Shown: one piece after another, positions 37,631 to 51,369 of the stretch
Layout of the letters: every line of letters begins with the position of its first letter
Position numbering within the stretch: position 1 is the stretch's first letter
Assembly: GCA_002633005.1 (NCBI GenBank)
Contig: NMRA01000028.1
Coordinates: 794,985-858,984 of the forward strand
Reading direction: 5' to 3'
DNA length: 64,000 nt
DNA from: Phoronis australis
Taxonomy: Eukaryota > Animalia > Phoronida
The notes under the pieces: generated by a model
What the model was told of the DNA's origin: nothing
Databases searched by the model: none
Seen by the model: only the letters and a program-made list of their open reading frames with translations
Made by a program: the position numbers and the translations under genes

Positions 37631-38701
37631 ATTTTTAAAAATAAATTATTATTTTGATTATTATTCCACAAAATATACATAATATTTCTCAAGTCACAGT
37701 ATTCCACAAAACTTGCGCAGTGCGTAATATTCCGCAAAATCTGCGTAATATTCCGCAAGTGTGCGGAATATTCCGTGGTCAGTGCGGAATATTCCGCAAG
37801 GCAAAAATTGAACTTCTAATTAAGAAAATGCTAATTGAGGAAATAAAAATGTAACATTGTAAACATGTTTAGGGTAAGGTATAGATTTGTTACATACCAT
37901 TTTTATGGCCCTAAGTGGATATTAAAAAAGTGCGGAACCGTTCCGCACACTTTGAGACTAAATAAGATAGTCTCATTTGAGAAAATATCGCCTTCAGTGT
38001 ACTCGTTCTCTACTGGAAAGCGATTCCGGATTGCCATCACCAGGCAAGAAGGCAGCACTGTTCGCCTTTTGCGCCCCAACTTCTTTCCTCGTTGTAACCA
38101 GTCAAATATTATTCGATAGGCAACCAGTCTCATTTGCCTGTAAACAGAAAATGGTATATTTAGAAACTGTTTTAGCAATGTGAAAACAGGCACGAGCCCA
38201 GCGCATCTTTTCAACCCCCATGTGTAGTCTCACGATTCACCACCTACAAAGTATCAGCAGAATACTGTAAATTCTCTGTAACAAGACCACGCTTATCAGA
38301 CGGTCTTTCTCCAGCGCAAAATTAGAAGCGTTGTATTGAAACCTGAATCCGCCTTTGTCATCAAACTAATAATAGCAAATGAAGTAATGATAATTATAGT
38401 AAGAACAGCCGAAGAAATAGACTTTAGAAGTGCCCCAGGGTACGTACTCTACAGATGTGACAGAGCCACTCAAGAGGTTCACTTTTTGAGTAGAAAACAA
38501 AAATGTGGCAGGGTCCATTTCCCACCAAAAATCTTGAATGGGGTGCATTTTTGGTCGTAAAAGACCCGGAACGTGAAATATTGAGGAATACATTACTGCA
38601 GCGGGCTAAATGCGTGGGAAAAACTATGATGAGTAAAAAATGGACATTTCTACAACCTTGAGCAGCACATCCTGGCTGGGGGTTCTCTCCATGTTCTTTA
38701 G

Positions 38702-38992
38702 TAGGCAGGTAGAGACGTGTTGCTGAGAGTGACAAGACAAAATCCAGATCAATGTAAGTCAGACATTAAAATGGGTTCCAGAGACTATATCAAATGATGA
38801 AAAATCCTACCCAGATAGTCCGAGACAATACCAAAAATCCTACCGAAACGATGAAAAACCTAACCGAGACGATACAGTCCAAATGAAGTCCAAGACAACG
38901 CATATACAAAAATATCTATCGTAGACATTATCTCAATACCTGGAGAGCAAAATATCCAACGGAGAAAATATGGCAACACGTCTCTGCCTCCT
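38702..38992. mobile_element. Small TIR element with internal ccgagac-type repeats
   Basis: taggcaggtagagacgtgttgc ... gcaacacgtctctgcctccta. Confidence 0.6.
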
Positions 38993-39293
38993 AAAACGGG
39001 ACTTCCGGAATAGCGGACGAGTAATTAATAAAATTACGAAAAGCTGTAATTAAGTGAAAAATATGTCTAAGATAACCAACCAACCTTATTTTAGCTCAAA
39101 ATGACATGAAAAAAGGTTGCCTTCGCCTTTAAGAAACCTGCACGAAAACAACAGAACAGACACCACAGTAAACTCAAACGCAGAAAAATGGCAGGAAATT
39201 TCTTAATCACCTAGGGCACGACTAATTAATGAAATTACGGGAAGCAGTAATTAACTGAAATATATGTCTGGGATAATCAACGAAACTTACTTT

Positions 39294-39529
39294 CATGCGC
39301 GAACCCGGGGGGGGCTCGGGGGGCTCGAACATTTGGCGAAGTGGGCAAAAAGATCCGCCTCAGAAAAACAAAAAGTCGGAGAAAACGAGACATAAGTCCA
39401 CTGAAAATGCACAGATGCACAGTAAAGGTGGTACCCCTTTTTTGTTTTATTTTTAGTCCTCCCGCCTTTTTGTCAGTAAAAGGTCCACATCGCCGAGCCC
39501 CCCCATATTAAAGGCTAGGTGCGCGCATG
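39294..39529. mobile_element. MITE, same family as 28477-28736, inserted in a local ~200-bp duplication
   Basis: catgcgcgaacc...ggtgcgcgcatg; the uninterrupted version of the target site is visible at ~39018-39124. Confidence 0.75.
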
Positions 39530-40285
39530 CTTTTACTAAAACTGACACGAAAAAGGTTGCCTTCTCCGTAAACAAAAAGTGCGACGTAATGTCCGTTCTT
39601 CCTTAGCCATGTGATGCGAAACCGGACTTGTGAATCACTTCCAGCAACTATAAGCTGTTACAATGCTTGGTTCAATAACCTGTTATCTTTACCAAACGCT
39701 AGCTGTAACTGCTGAATTTATAGCCGTTAACAACTGAAACTTTAACTCAACTCAGCTTACACTAATATAACCCGTACCTTGGCATTTGCAGGTTCTTACA
39801 ATGTTCTGGAAGGGTAAACAAACATTCTGGAAATTTCCACCAGTAAACAAACCCAGAATTTGGACATGTGACTTCTTTAATCATAAACAAGGGTCTAGAA
39901 TCTTCCAGGTTACGGTTCTATTTTCTGATTATAGGCCTACTTTGGTCGCACTCAGTAGTTTTTCCGCGTTTGAATTTGCCTGTCCAAATTTCATTAAAAA
40001 TTGGCGCCTGCTGGGTTGGGGCTGGCCATTTTGAGTTCTGTGCTTCTTGTGAAAGCCACGAATGACTTATGATTTTTAATCTCTTCTGAGTGATAGTGAG
40101 CAGTTGACCTCTTGATCCACTTTCTGTTCAGCCGTGGCTTTTCTTAAACCTTTATTGTCTCCTGCACAGAACCTCTGGAGTCGCCTCACGCGAGAGACTA
40201 CCTGTCATGTCCGAGTGTGACTGACTCCCTGGGAAACAGGCTAAACCTTTACGGCTTCCAAGCGGGAAGTTTGAAATTTTGCTGG

Positions 40286-40590
40286 AAATTCAGGTACCTT
40301 TCAGACACGTTGGACTGTGAAAAATTCTGACTCAGGTCGACAGGCACTTTTCACCTATTGTCATAGGAGAGTTTTGGCAGCCTCAATGCACTCTCAGTTC
40401 GTAGTAATCTCATGCAAATAGTGAATTGAATACTGCTGATTTGGCATATTTTTGCACGTGTTTTCAAGTGGCCGGCTACACTTGTCTGGACGTAGTCGTT
40501 AAATATGGAACAATTGAATTTGGAACCAATTTCAATAGACTTTGTTTAAGTTTTTTGAAGTCTTTGGCCCAGTATACTGTTCATATTTTC
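40286..40590 (+). repeat. Dispersed ~300-bp repeat; second diverged copy at ~43992-44297
   Basis: gaaattcaggtacc.ttcagacac, tcaggtcga and tctttggcccagtatactgttcatattttca occur in the same order in both copies. Confidence 0.75.
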
Positions 40591-43500
40591 ACTAGGTTTT
40601 ATCCATCCTAAATGTGGAACAGACTGTTGTGTGCTATTTGATGTGACATTCTTCTGGAATGACATCTAGTTTTCTATTGTAAACATGTTACGACATCAGT
40701 AGCCTCGAGTGGTACGCTCAGAGACTGTTGATTACCGAACACAGAAAAATCAATAAATAAGACTAGTTTGCTGAAGGTAATTTGCTATATTTAGTCAGAC
40801 TCTACGTCACATGATTACATTCTAGATATGTGTTTTGATTGTTATTCTGCCAGACCATCACATGGATTTTATTTTTTTCCGTTACAGAGGGCTGGAACGC
40901 GAAAACTCATAAAAATACCTTTTAAACAGATCCTGACGAACCTACTGCTTCGGGGTGCTAACGTGAGAGTTATTCACTTTGAATAATGCAAGAATCTATA
41001 GAAAATGTCGTCAAATTCACTTTTGAAACACGGACGAAATATGAATTCATAAATTCTTTCATCCCTATGCAGTTTTCAAATTCTCGACCCCTAATAATCT
41101 ATGTACGCGCATGCACTTAAAGATTTACACAATAAACATCTCCCAACTGCATTATCGCCATTGTTTTGTTTACGTCAAAGGTCACATTTTTCATATACGG
41201 GAGATGTGCTACCTCTGTGTCTTTCCATACCATACAAGGAGACGTGTTTTACCTTGTGAGAGAAAAATCGACGAAGTGACGAGGATTTGACAGATCGTTT
41301 TTTCTTGAAATTTGAAACTAAAGGAAAAATGCTTTGACATCAACAGAAATTCAACATCTTAAGAACAGTTTCACTTCTGTTTTGATGGCAGAGAACCACT
41401 TTGAATAATGTTGTTTGCGTTCTTTGTCTTACGGAGTTCCATCCCCGTCATCACCGCTAGGACGCGCGGGTCTTGCTGAGACAAACGTCCATTTGAAAAT
41501 TCAGTTGCAAAATGAGGTTTTGTGATAAACTTCTGTTCGTTCACAACATAAGCACATGAAGTGTAATCGTTGTAAGCATGAACGGCCTCTTCGCCTCAAA
41601 GTCTCGACCAAAGCAACGCCATCGAGTTCTTGTCCTTTGTATGAAGTGAAATTTTAAAATGTCTCCCGGCATTCCTCTGGCAACTGAAACTAGCCCTTCG
41701 TGCTAGGCAATTTTGCATGGTCTGCACGAACGAACACTTTCACGAGCCACGTTATCGAACTGTGGAAATACTAATTTAATTTATGACTCTCAAAACCTCT
41801 GAACGCGCTATTTGGTCAGGCAATACCTGGTCTCTCAGTACTTTTCAATTTAGTAAAGTAATTTGCACGACCACGTCGTATCATCAACATCAAGAGGAAT
41901 TGGGAAATTAATACCCACAGCGTGCACGCTCGTATCACGCTGCTTTGTTTTGGCCACCACATACGCAATTTCATCACAGGTGCATGAGGGCATTATTAGG
42001 ATGTGCAGACACTCGTAGTAGGGCATTATTAGGATCTAGGAACCAGTAAGAGACTGGTTCCTTGTTAGAATGCACCGACAAATCTGACTAAGTCAGATTT
42101 TTTAAGGTGTTTAAACACCTTTGGTCGACACCACTTTCACTCCCCGTTCGCAAATCAATATAAAATCTACCTTGCAACACTTGCTTTATACACACACTGT
42201 ATTCATCTCACCACAAAAAATGAATTGATTGAATTTTTTTAAATTTCAACATCCTTATACTTTGGAAGAAAATTTTCTTTCAGTGAAACACGCTATAAAT
42301 TCCCCCGCTTTCAGGCACTTAGACAAAACCAATGATATCATTTTATGGATTTTGCCTTGCATTCTGATGTCTGAACAATCCGGACGAGCCCATCTGCAAA
42401 GTTATTTTTATCTAAACATCTTGTGCTTGCATTTTGCAACGTACTAGTCAGGTAATAGACAAGAAGTTACTCAAGAAAATTAATGTTTATTTTCACACAG
42501 ACCATCCTTAACGATGTTATTAAAAAGCACAGCAATGACATTATGACAATTAATATCTTACATGTTACAAATTTAAACGTATGTTCTTACATTATAACAA
42601 TTCTAGTCCAGCAACTGGAGTAGACGTCAAATATTGAATGCAAAAAATGTTCATTTCCACCTGTTATCACCGGAACAATGGATTAGATAATGTTGGCTGA
42701 ACAGTTTTCAACTTTTTCATCATTTTGCGAGAATGGTGTTAGTTTTATATTTAATTATGCGGCATACAGAAGTAGGCAAAAATCAAATAATCTGAACATA
42801 CAGCAGAGCCTATGTTTTGTGACATGCTATATTTTCCAGACTGCATTGCTAATAGTCACAGTGCTGTAGTTTCCAGACTGCATTGCTAATAGTCACAATG
42901 CTGTAGTCCCCAGACTGCATTACCCTATATACAGTCACGTTGCCTCAAAAGTCAAAGAACTGTCAGCTAAGATCCCTTTAGCTCTCATGGAAGAGTACAT
43001 TTATGTCTGCCAGACCATTCCGTCGAGTGTGGAAGATGTAGCTGTCCGCCGAATTCCTGCGCACACAATTGAGTGACATATTTCCAGAAGGGCATAAATT
43101 GTTAATATGTGATTTTTTGGGGCATCTCCTTGAGATAGTTGTTTTGTTTTTCATTTGCGAGCTTTCTTTTCTGAAACGTAACAGTTGCGTAGACATTGTT
43201 TCAATTCCGAGAAAGTCCAAGAAAAAAGGATATTGTCCTTCAAAAATATACGGCATAGCGTTTCGCCGATTGCTCAAAGTTACCGTTTGTAAAGTTCCAT
43301 AGACATTGCAGTACATACTCTCAGTCAAGATATTTATTTCTTCTGGAACTTCATTCACTGTCGTCTGGCGAAGTCGTTGACTCTGTTTCAAATGTGACCG
43401 CCTCCGTCCCAAAATCATGAGTGATGACATCTTGGTGCGATTGTTGGCGCTAGTCCACAAGTTTCTTTCTTTGGTCGGTCGACTCAGCTATGCGCCAGCA

Positions 43501-45932
43501 AAATGCAACGTAGGAACAAAGGTTTCCCAAAAAGTTTTGTTATTCTAAATGCCGTGGGCTGTGGCTTCTCTCAAATGTTTGGAAATATTGAATACGTATA
43601 GCTTTTTATGAATGGAACATTCTTTATATACATTCACAAAAGAAATTAGTAACGAGTATGTGATGTCGAAGAGACCAATCAACGTTCACCATGCTCTTAC
43701 GCTTGAAACAAGGCGCGGAATGTTTATTAGCAATTAGACAGTCATTGGTCGGCGTGCGGATTGGCATCTAGCTTTTCCGGTACGTCACATTATATAAGGT
43801 CTAAAGATTGCTTTCAATAGTTTTCACAAAAATGACATTGTTTGTTTTCTACAGTGTATTTGGTTTGAACTTTCCTTAAAACTGCGACATTGAGCAATAA
43901 ATTTTGGTTTCATTTTCACAAAGTTGATTTTAAGCATTTTCCTGAGGCACTCCATATCCTCTTTGTTACCCTGCCTACAGTTAAGCGAAGGAAATTCAGG
44001 TACCCTTCAGACACTTTGGATTTTTAAAAATATCTGTCAGGTCGATACCTACTTTTCTCCAGATTTCTGTAATCTGGAGAGTTTAGACAGTCTGAATGGA
44101 CTGTCTCTCAGTTCGTACATAGTACTGGTGGTTTTTGTGTGAAAATGCTGATTTGGTGTAAGTTTGTTCATTTTTAAGTAGCCGGGTGCACTTGTGGTGG
44201 ACGTAAAAGATGATATGGCTTTTGAATCACTTTCAATGGTTTGAATGGGTGCAAGGTTTTTGAAATCTTTGGCCCAGTATACTGTTCATATTTTCAGGTC
44301 TTGCGCACAAGGTGCGACACAGTGCGTGCAACATGGTGTTTCAGATGCCAAGACATATGTTTTTTCAAGCCTAAACCAACAAAAAACTATGGAGTGCAAC
44401 CTAAATCCTCGGACTATTCGACTGCAGGAAAACTGACATGACCCCTTAAAAATTCGTGAGCTACCACCAATAAAGGTAGTTCCCTGTCACGCGATCCCAT
44501 GACTTGAATTTTCAAAAAAATATGCCGTAAATTTACTGCTTACACGTGGATATCCGGCTTCCTCCTTACTTACAAAGATGAATGGATTCTTGTTTCGTTA
44601 CAACGATTTCTCTCTCAGTGGGGGACTCATTAGTGGAGCTAATTACAAAAAACACGTTTCATAACAAGTTGGCTAAGAAATCGTTCAAGGTCATCTCCAA
44701 TCGGTGGAGGGAGGGCATTATAAGCATTATAGGCGCAGTCACAGTGTTCGCCCTGAACTTACAAACAGTGGCGTCCAGTGGACCCACCTTCCAAAATCTG
44801 GAGGGCGTATTTCAATTTGTTTGGGTCCAAGAAAACAATTTCAGAAATTATTACAGGCTAGTACAGAACCAGCTTCGTCCCCAAGCCTCAAGATGGCGTC
44901 GATCGTTTTAGTTAAGGCTGAGAACGTCTTTGGCTAAAGGTGGCAATGAACAGCTGAGCTGAGGCCGCAGGCAATTTGCAGTTCCAAAATATTGAAATCT
45001 AAAACTAGGCAGACTTGGGGGCAGTTTTGAGGTAGGCGTTACGTTTAGGCTCATTGAATATGGTTTGTTTGTATTTGTGAACATGGTGAGAACGAGAAAA
45101 GACCACTTGCTCGGTTGTAGCTGCACTTTTCTTCAGGATGGCGGCTCCCGGTTGCATTTGTGCATTGCTTGGGTAGCAACTGCGAAATCAGGTGCGATTT
45201 CAGGTAGTCCTCAAAGAAGTCAGAATTGCAAAAAAAAACTGGTGTGTTGACAGTACTTTTGGACCAAATTTTTGGAATAGTTAGGAAATGTATTTTTTTG
45301 GCTTTATGTTGGCTATGTCGTGCATCGACAGGGAGGTGGTGGTTTTGGAGTAAAAATTGTCGATTTTCTGTTCTTCCCTGTTTTTCTTAAGCTACTTTGC
45401 TATTCAGTGGAGAAAAGGCCACAAATGCCCAAGAGAGAATAAAGTTTCTGTGCTCATCAATGTGCCTTGTGATGTGAAATAACTGAAAATTTTTCATTCT
45501 CTGCATACAATTTTCGACAGAGTGAAGAAAGGGTGACTAGTCCATTGACGTGTGTTCTGATAGACAAAACCCAGTGAGAACTGTTGTGTGCTCCAAAACC
45601 AGAGATCGTAGAGATCAGTGCAATGTTGAGGCTTGGGGACGAGGCAGCATGGTACAGAACGACATAAAATACAAAAAAGAGGGTCTTTGTGTGTACTGCA
45701 AAAATGAGGCAAATCCGGGTATCAATGTTAAATACGCCAATAACTACTGAATAACGTTACGGATGACTCTCATTTCTTTAGGTTTATTTGTTTGGCATAA
45801 CGGTACCGACGATGAAAAAACGGACGTCACAAGCTCGTTCAGTCCCCGAGATAAAAAGGAGACCGAGAGCTGGCGAAATGAAAAAATGAACATGTCGTGA
45901 ACACATCCACTAAAACAAGAAACTGTAGGAAC

Positions 45933-46554
45933 ACCGCATTTATCCACCTTCACTCTTATCAGGCTTCTATTGTGAGTCAGCATGCGTGAATAATTGGCTG
46001 ATAAGCCACCTCTGGAACTACTTTGGGCTGAATGGATGACCAGGCCATAAAATGATAATTAGCCAAGACCAGTTACTATAATGCAACAAAGAACAAGTAA
46101 TAATGTCTTGCATCACCTAGCCTTGGTGGAAAGCTGTATACTGTATTGGCTCAAACAAACNNNNNNNNNNNNNNNNNNNNNNNNNNNNNNNNNNNNNNNN
46201 NNNNNNNNNNNNNNNNNNNNNNNNNNNNNNNNNNNNNNNNNNNNNNNNNNNNNNNNNNNNNNNNNNNNNNNNNNNNNNNNNNNNNNNNNNNNNNNNNNNN
46301 NNNNNNNNNNNNNNNNNNNNNNNNNNNNNNNNNNNNNNNNNNNNNNNNNNNNNNNNNNNNNNNNNNNNNNNNNNNNNNNNNNNNNNNNNNNNNNNNNNNN
46401 NNNNNNNNNNNNNNNNNNNNNNNNNNNNNCAGCTGATCATATCCGCATGAGCGAAGTCAATTATCCTCGCTCGTGACTCGATGAATAGAGCAGCTTGGCG
46501 GCATCCCTTTGAGCATGAGCCGAGTGCGTCTCAGCCAAGGTGGATAAATACGGT
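45933..46554. mobile_element. TIR-bounded element spanning an assembly gap
   Basis: accgcatttatccacctt ... aaggtggataaatacggt. Confidence 0.5.
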
Positions 46555-47525
46555 CTAGTTCAATTTTCCATACCCCGCCGTTTACCTTAAACACCGGGGT
46601 TAGAACCAATTTTATTTAGTGGGAATGTTCATAGCATGAAAAAAAAAACAGCGGTACAAAGTGTAAGAATGAAACATAATATGTAAATGATAACACAGAC
46701 GGATAATAAACTACCAAAAGTACGAGGAGTTAGTGGGCGGGTGAGTAAAACTGAAGTCATTCTTAAGGACGCGTGGCAATCATAGGCCTGCAGGGGCCTT
46801 CGGTTGACAAAACTTATGACATCTGATAGAGTAGTCCAATAAGAAGGGTGGATCTAGACGTCGGTTAATTAAATGAACTAATGAAAGTAAACGATCAGTA
46901 TTTTGATGTCGTGGTGTAGTTGCTTTGTTATTTTTTTTTCGTCGTTGATTCAGTTAAATAGACTGGAAGTCCCGAGCACTTAGCAAAGATGAACGAGGTA
47001 CCAACATTTGATTATCGGATCAGCTTAGAGACCACCTCAGTTTGTACAGAAATGAATGTCTGCACTATATGTATGACCCACGGGGACCTTGTCAGGAGTC
47101 CAAACATTGAGCTAGATTACACATTGGAGGTACTGGCCAAAACTAATTTGAAATAAACAGTCGTGCCACAATGAACCCCGAATAACCCATGATGGATAAA
47201 CTGCCAGAAGCTCAAAAAGACACCCGCAAAATTGAGCAATTCACCTACGTCACTGGTCACTAAACAGCAAATGACAGACAGAATACGCTCTGCGGTTGGG
47301 GCCCCAATGGACCCAGAAGTAGTCGAGATAACTAAAAAACATTTCCATACTATTCAATGCATGCCACTTATCACTAGCACGTAACAGATAAGGGTAGGGC
47401 CCTTCAGAAAGCCATGAGCATTTCACTCACATAATGCTGTTGAAATTTTGAGTTAGATTAGATATTCGAAGTCAGGACCGAAATTGATTTACAGTGACAG
47501 GCGAGAAAAGTGATTTTCAAAAATC

Positions 47526-47600
47526 AGCACCAGCGTGGATTCGAACCGGGAATTTCCGCATTCGAAACCCAACCCTCAGCTTTGTTGACGAGCTAAATCG
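47526..47600 (-). other. tRNA-derived sequence (degenerate tRNA or SINE head) with a Pol III B-box
   Basis: Minus strand ...cccGGTTCGAATCCacgctggtgct; no convincing full cloverleaf. Confidence 0.35.
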
Positions 47601-47814
47601 TACTCGTATGACTGTCAGCATTTCAAGCAACTGATAAAGTCACCAGTGTTGGTTTCAATGAATGTCTGACAGACTTCGGGCAGAATTGATGATTTGTAAC
47701 AGAATCGTAAAATACAATGGATTTTACTGTTTCATAGCTCTGGTCAAAGTTAATTACTTGAAAATATCTTTCCAGTGCAACAATAGTGCCTTTGAAGGGA
47801 CATCGTCATGAATG

Positions 47815-48165
47815 CTATGAGGCCGGTTGACGAGCAGAAATTATCAGACTTATTCGTAAAGTGAGCTGTTATCCACCGGGTCTCGGCTAGTCGCTGATCA
47901 ACCGCACGTCCACCGCCGAGGGCACCCTTTGTGCGAAAAGTTTACCCATTTAGTGCTGTGGCCTACTTATACTGAACAATGTCATTGAGATGCCCACTTC
48001 ATGTGTCAGGGTTGAGATCACTGCACGAATCCCTGGTACGAATGGCGTCTTGGTATAACGAATCAAGGCACATCGTTCGCTGCCCCAATATTTACCAGGC
48101 TGCGTTCTGTAGACATAAAAAATTGTGAAAACGCAAGATCACGAAATTCTTTGAGAGTTATTGCC
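47815..48165 (+). mobile_element. Probable Deu/Nin-domain SINE remnant
   Basis: gtcagggttgag (48005) followed by gctgccc...ttctgtagacata resembles, from memory, the conserved Deu-domain blocks of AmnSINE-type SINEs; tgtgaaaacgc tail-like motif. Confidence 0.45.
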
Positions 48166-49049
48166 ATGCACTGCAAGCAGAGCACGTGATCGCACCATAG
48201 CTTCACTCGCTAATGTGCAAGAAACGTCCCAGATGGGGACATAACTATTCCTTACTTTTCAACGTATTTATGAACGTGTGGAAACGCTGTTTTAACTTTC
48301 TAATGTTTATCTTCATCACCAAGTCATTGTTTAGCATTGATACACACCGAGACGATAAGTAGACAATGCGTCTAGTCACATGAAACACTAAGTACCAAAC
48401 ACGGACTTCACCAAGTTCCTTAAATCTCCTGCGCATGTGTCTTTGTAAACATAATTTGCAAAATATTCAAAAGTCGTTATTAATTAGAAACACCAGTTTC
48501 CGACAACTGTCATTAACACATGACCTGTAATTTGCCAAAAACAGCGATCACAGCCCATGTAGCAACTACGGTGCAAGATGGCGACCCGGCAGAACGACTC
48601 ACGCTAGCTCCAAGTGAACTTAGCTTCAAAAATAAACATGCAAGTCTCTCTGAAGGACAATCAACAGTCTTGTCTGTAAAATGTAGTTCTTCGACGAAAT
48701 GGGCCTTCATTCTATTGGGTAGACTAAATTTTCAGACCATTGGACCTCGGAAAATGGCGTTTCTGACGTATAGGTTTGGGGGCATTCTCCGAGCGGACAA
48801 GCAATCCTTTGAAAGACTTGGGGGCTGTGAAAACAATGAGCAGATTTCATTCGGGCTGCCACGTTTTGGATAAATGGGTAGTCAGAAAACAATTGGGCTG
48901 TAAACCTTTCATACGTCCCCGGGCTGTAGATCTGTCAGGCTTTGCCACACTCAGAGCGCAAGATTTTAATAAATCACCAAGACATATCACTCACAATCCC
49001 AGGCCGCTACGCGTTCGCCTCAGTCAAAAGGATTTAGATCCAACAGTAG

Positions 49050-49133
49050 GATTCGACCCTCATTACAGTACACGTGTATTCGACCCTCATTACAGTACAC
49101 GTGTATTCGACCCTCATTACAGTACACGTGTAT
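49050..49133. repeat. Three perfect 27-bp tandem units (attcgaccctcattacagtacacgtgt)
   Basis: Read directly from the sequence. Confidence 0.9.
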
Positions 49134-50388
49134 TTTGCGAAATGCAATTATCTTGGAGAGAACGTTACTGTAGCAAATGATTCATTACTGCATTTTGCAA
49201 ATTATGCTCACTGAATTTAGCCGGAATCCTATGATTCATATTTAAAACTACAATCCAATGGTAGCGTTAACAAGACCGCATGCATTGTCGTAGGAAGGGG
49301 GAAGGGGGAGGGGGGCACGACCCCAACCAATAACTTGCAGTTGTCAGGATTAAACGATGGCAGTTGAAAAATAGAGACAGCGAAACATGGAGAAGAAAAA
49401 ATCAAGCGACTATTTGTTAATTGCCAATGTACTCACAATATTCAAACGACAATAAATGCATTGTTTATTAACAAGATTACCGGTACAAACAAGTGATCAA
49501 TGGAAAAGGGATTATCTTTAAATCGAATTAAACGCATAGCTCATTAACATGGGGAGATTAATCGTCTTTGCACTTCCTTGATGTTTTTAGTTTCCAGTAG
49601 TATTCTGCAATAAAGTTTCGTCTTCCAAAACTAAGTCGCTTGTTTGCTTTTCCAGGGCTTAAAGCTCACGCACCCACTTTCAAAACAAGGTGCAATCATA
49701 CGGTTACAGCCCACTACTTCGAAGGCCCACTACTCCGAAAAATACCATGCCTCCGCATTTGTTTCATTTTATCAAATTTTGTGATACGGTTTCTTTAAGT
49801 GAACTTCAAAGTAGATACGATACATGAGTCATTAACTACTAGAATAAGTATGTAACAGCTTGGACATTAGGGTCCTTGCGAAGTGGTCTATTCCCATAGT
49901 TGCCGTGTAATTCGCTAAAAGCGTAGGTCAAACTTGCTCGTTTAGCAGATTTTGAAAGGTGTTTTAAAAATTCTTCCCAGACTTTTGAGGGATGTCGAGG
50001 GTTACAGAGCAACATTTTGTTTCAGAGAATTGGATGGTAAAGTCGTTTTTAGTATCTGTTAATATGCCAACGTTAACAAGTCGACAGTGTAAGGGAAATA
50101 ACATGTGCACTGAACTGTTATTCCGCTATTGCAGACGAGGTTACTGCCAACACGATTAGTAGATACCAACTGCAACATTCCAGAGGAGTTGCTTGAATTT
50201 TGTTTTTGTAGTAAAAATGAAGTACACAAAAACAAATATCCCGAATCTGTAGGAAAAAACTTCACCGGTGCGTCCCGTAGTGGTTGAGCGGCAAGGAGTT
50301 ATGTTTACATTTCATGCAAGTAGGTATGCCGAGGAGTCATATTGGCTCTGATACATGCGCACAACAACAACTGTGCATGGTCATTGGT

Positions 50389-51105
50389 ATAGACCCAATT
50401 CACACCGACAGGAGGCGCGTTCCAAAACGAGGCTCGTTACCATATCTCTGTTGGCTTATCGGCATACTGGTTGTATTGCGCGTTGCTCGAACGCCTAGAA
50501 AAAATACGGATACTCAACTGTCTGTTTCACAATCTCTGAGGACGTTGAGAATCGGAAGCGTTGGGCCGTTGTCATACGAGCGACGAAGGAAAATATGTCC
50601 GTGTAAAATTTATAAATGTTTTCGGAAAGTTAGATCATATTTTGTCGCCGGCATCTCGGTTGCCGAGCGTCATAGCAACGACCGGAGAATCTTCGGTCAG
50701 CCAGGCTGTGTTTTCATGACTACGAGTTCAAAGATGATGCATGTTTCTTTCCAAAAAAGACATGGCCCTCAATCCCTCGATTTTGGGGCTGAATATCAGC
50801 CCTAGTCCCCTCTCAAAAATATTGAAAAATTCCCCGAAATGCCCGGCCCCACGAGGCCTAAAAATTTCCATAGGGATAGAAAAGCTCTCTCCGAAGTTCA
50901 AATCACCTGTAACCACACAAGTGACAATTTGAAAGAGCACAAAATGCTACTTGAGAGAGAGAGAGAGAGAGCCTATGAGAGCTTGCAACAGGGCGCCGAG
51001 GGGTGCTATTGATGATGATCTGGAGGTAGATTTTTCCGCTCACTTCGCTCGGCGAAAAAATTCCCCTATCTCAACTTTTCCCTTGGATGAACGAGGCCCC
51101 TGAAG
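50389..51105 (+). mobile_element. Left arm of a long inverted repeat flanking the DUF229 exon
   Basis: atagacccaattcacaccgacaggaggcgcgttccaaaacgaggctcg...aggcccctg is collinear with the reverse complement of 55335-56335. Confidence 0.85.
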
Positions 51106-51369
51106 CAGTGGTGGATCTAGGATATCACAAGGGGGCCAACATTTTGTCTGTCTGCAAGCATTTGCGCAAAGTGAACCACAATTGTAGATGCGCATAGCAC
51201 CGAATGGGGGCAAACCCCCCACCCGCCCAGGAAATTTTTCTGTTTTTACCTCTAAAAATCAATGATTCCTGAAGTATTATCCAAGAAAAAAGGCAAAAAA
51301 ACGGAGAACGTGTCAAACAGGAAAAACCGCGACGTCGTGTTTCACAGCGAGTTTATTAATTGTCCAAAA

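Noticed and set aside
44690-44940. GGHYKHYRR...W resembling a USP deubiquitinase His box
   Set aside because: In-frame stop just upstream, no Cys box or Asp motif and no convincing splice sites; probably chance.
47526-47600. Functional tRNA gene
   Set aside because: Only the B-box is clear; acceptor and D stems could not be paired.
50284-50805. 173-aa ORF
   Set aside because: Lies mostly in the left inverted-repeat arm, has no ATG start or recognisable domain, and is not preserved in the right arm.
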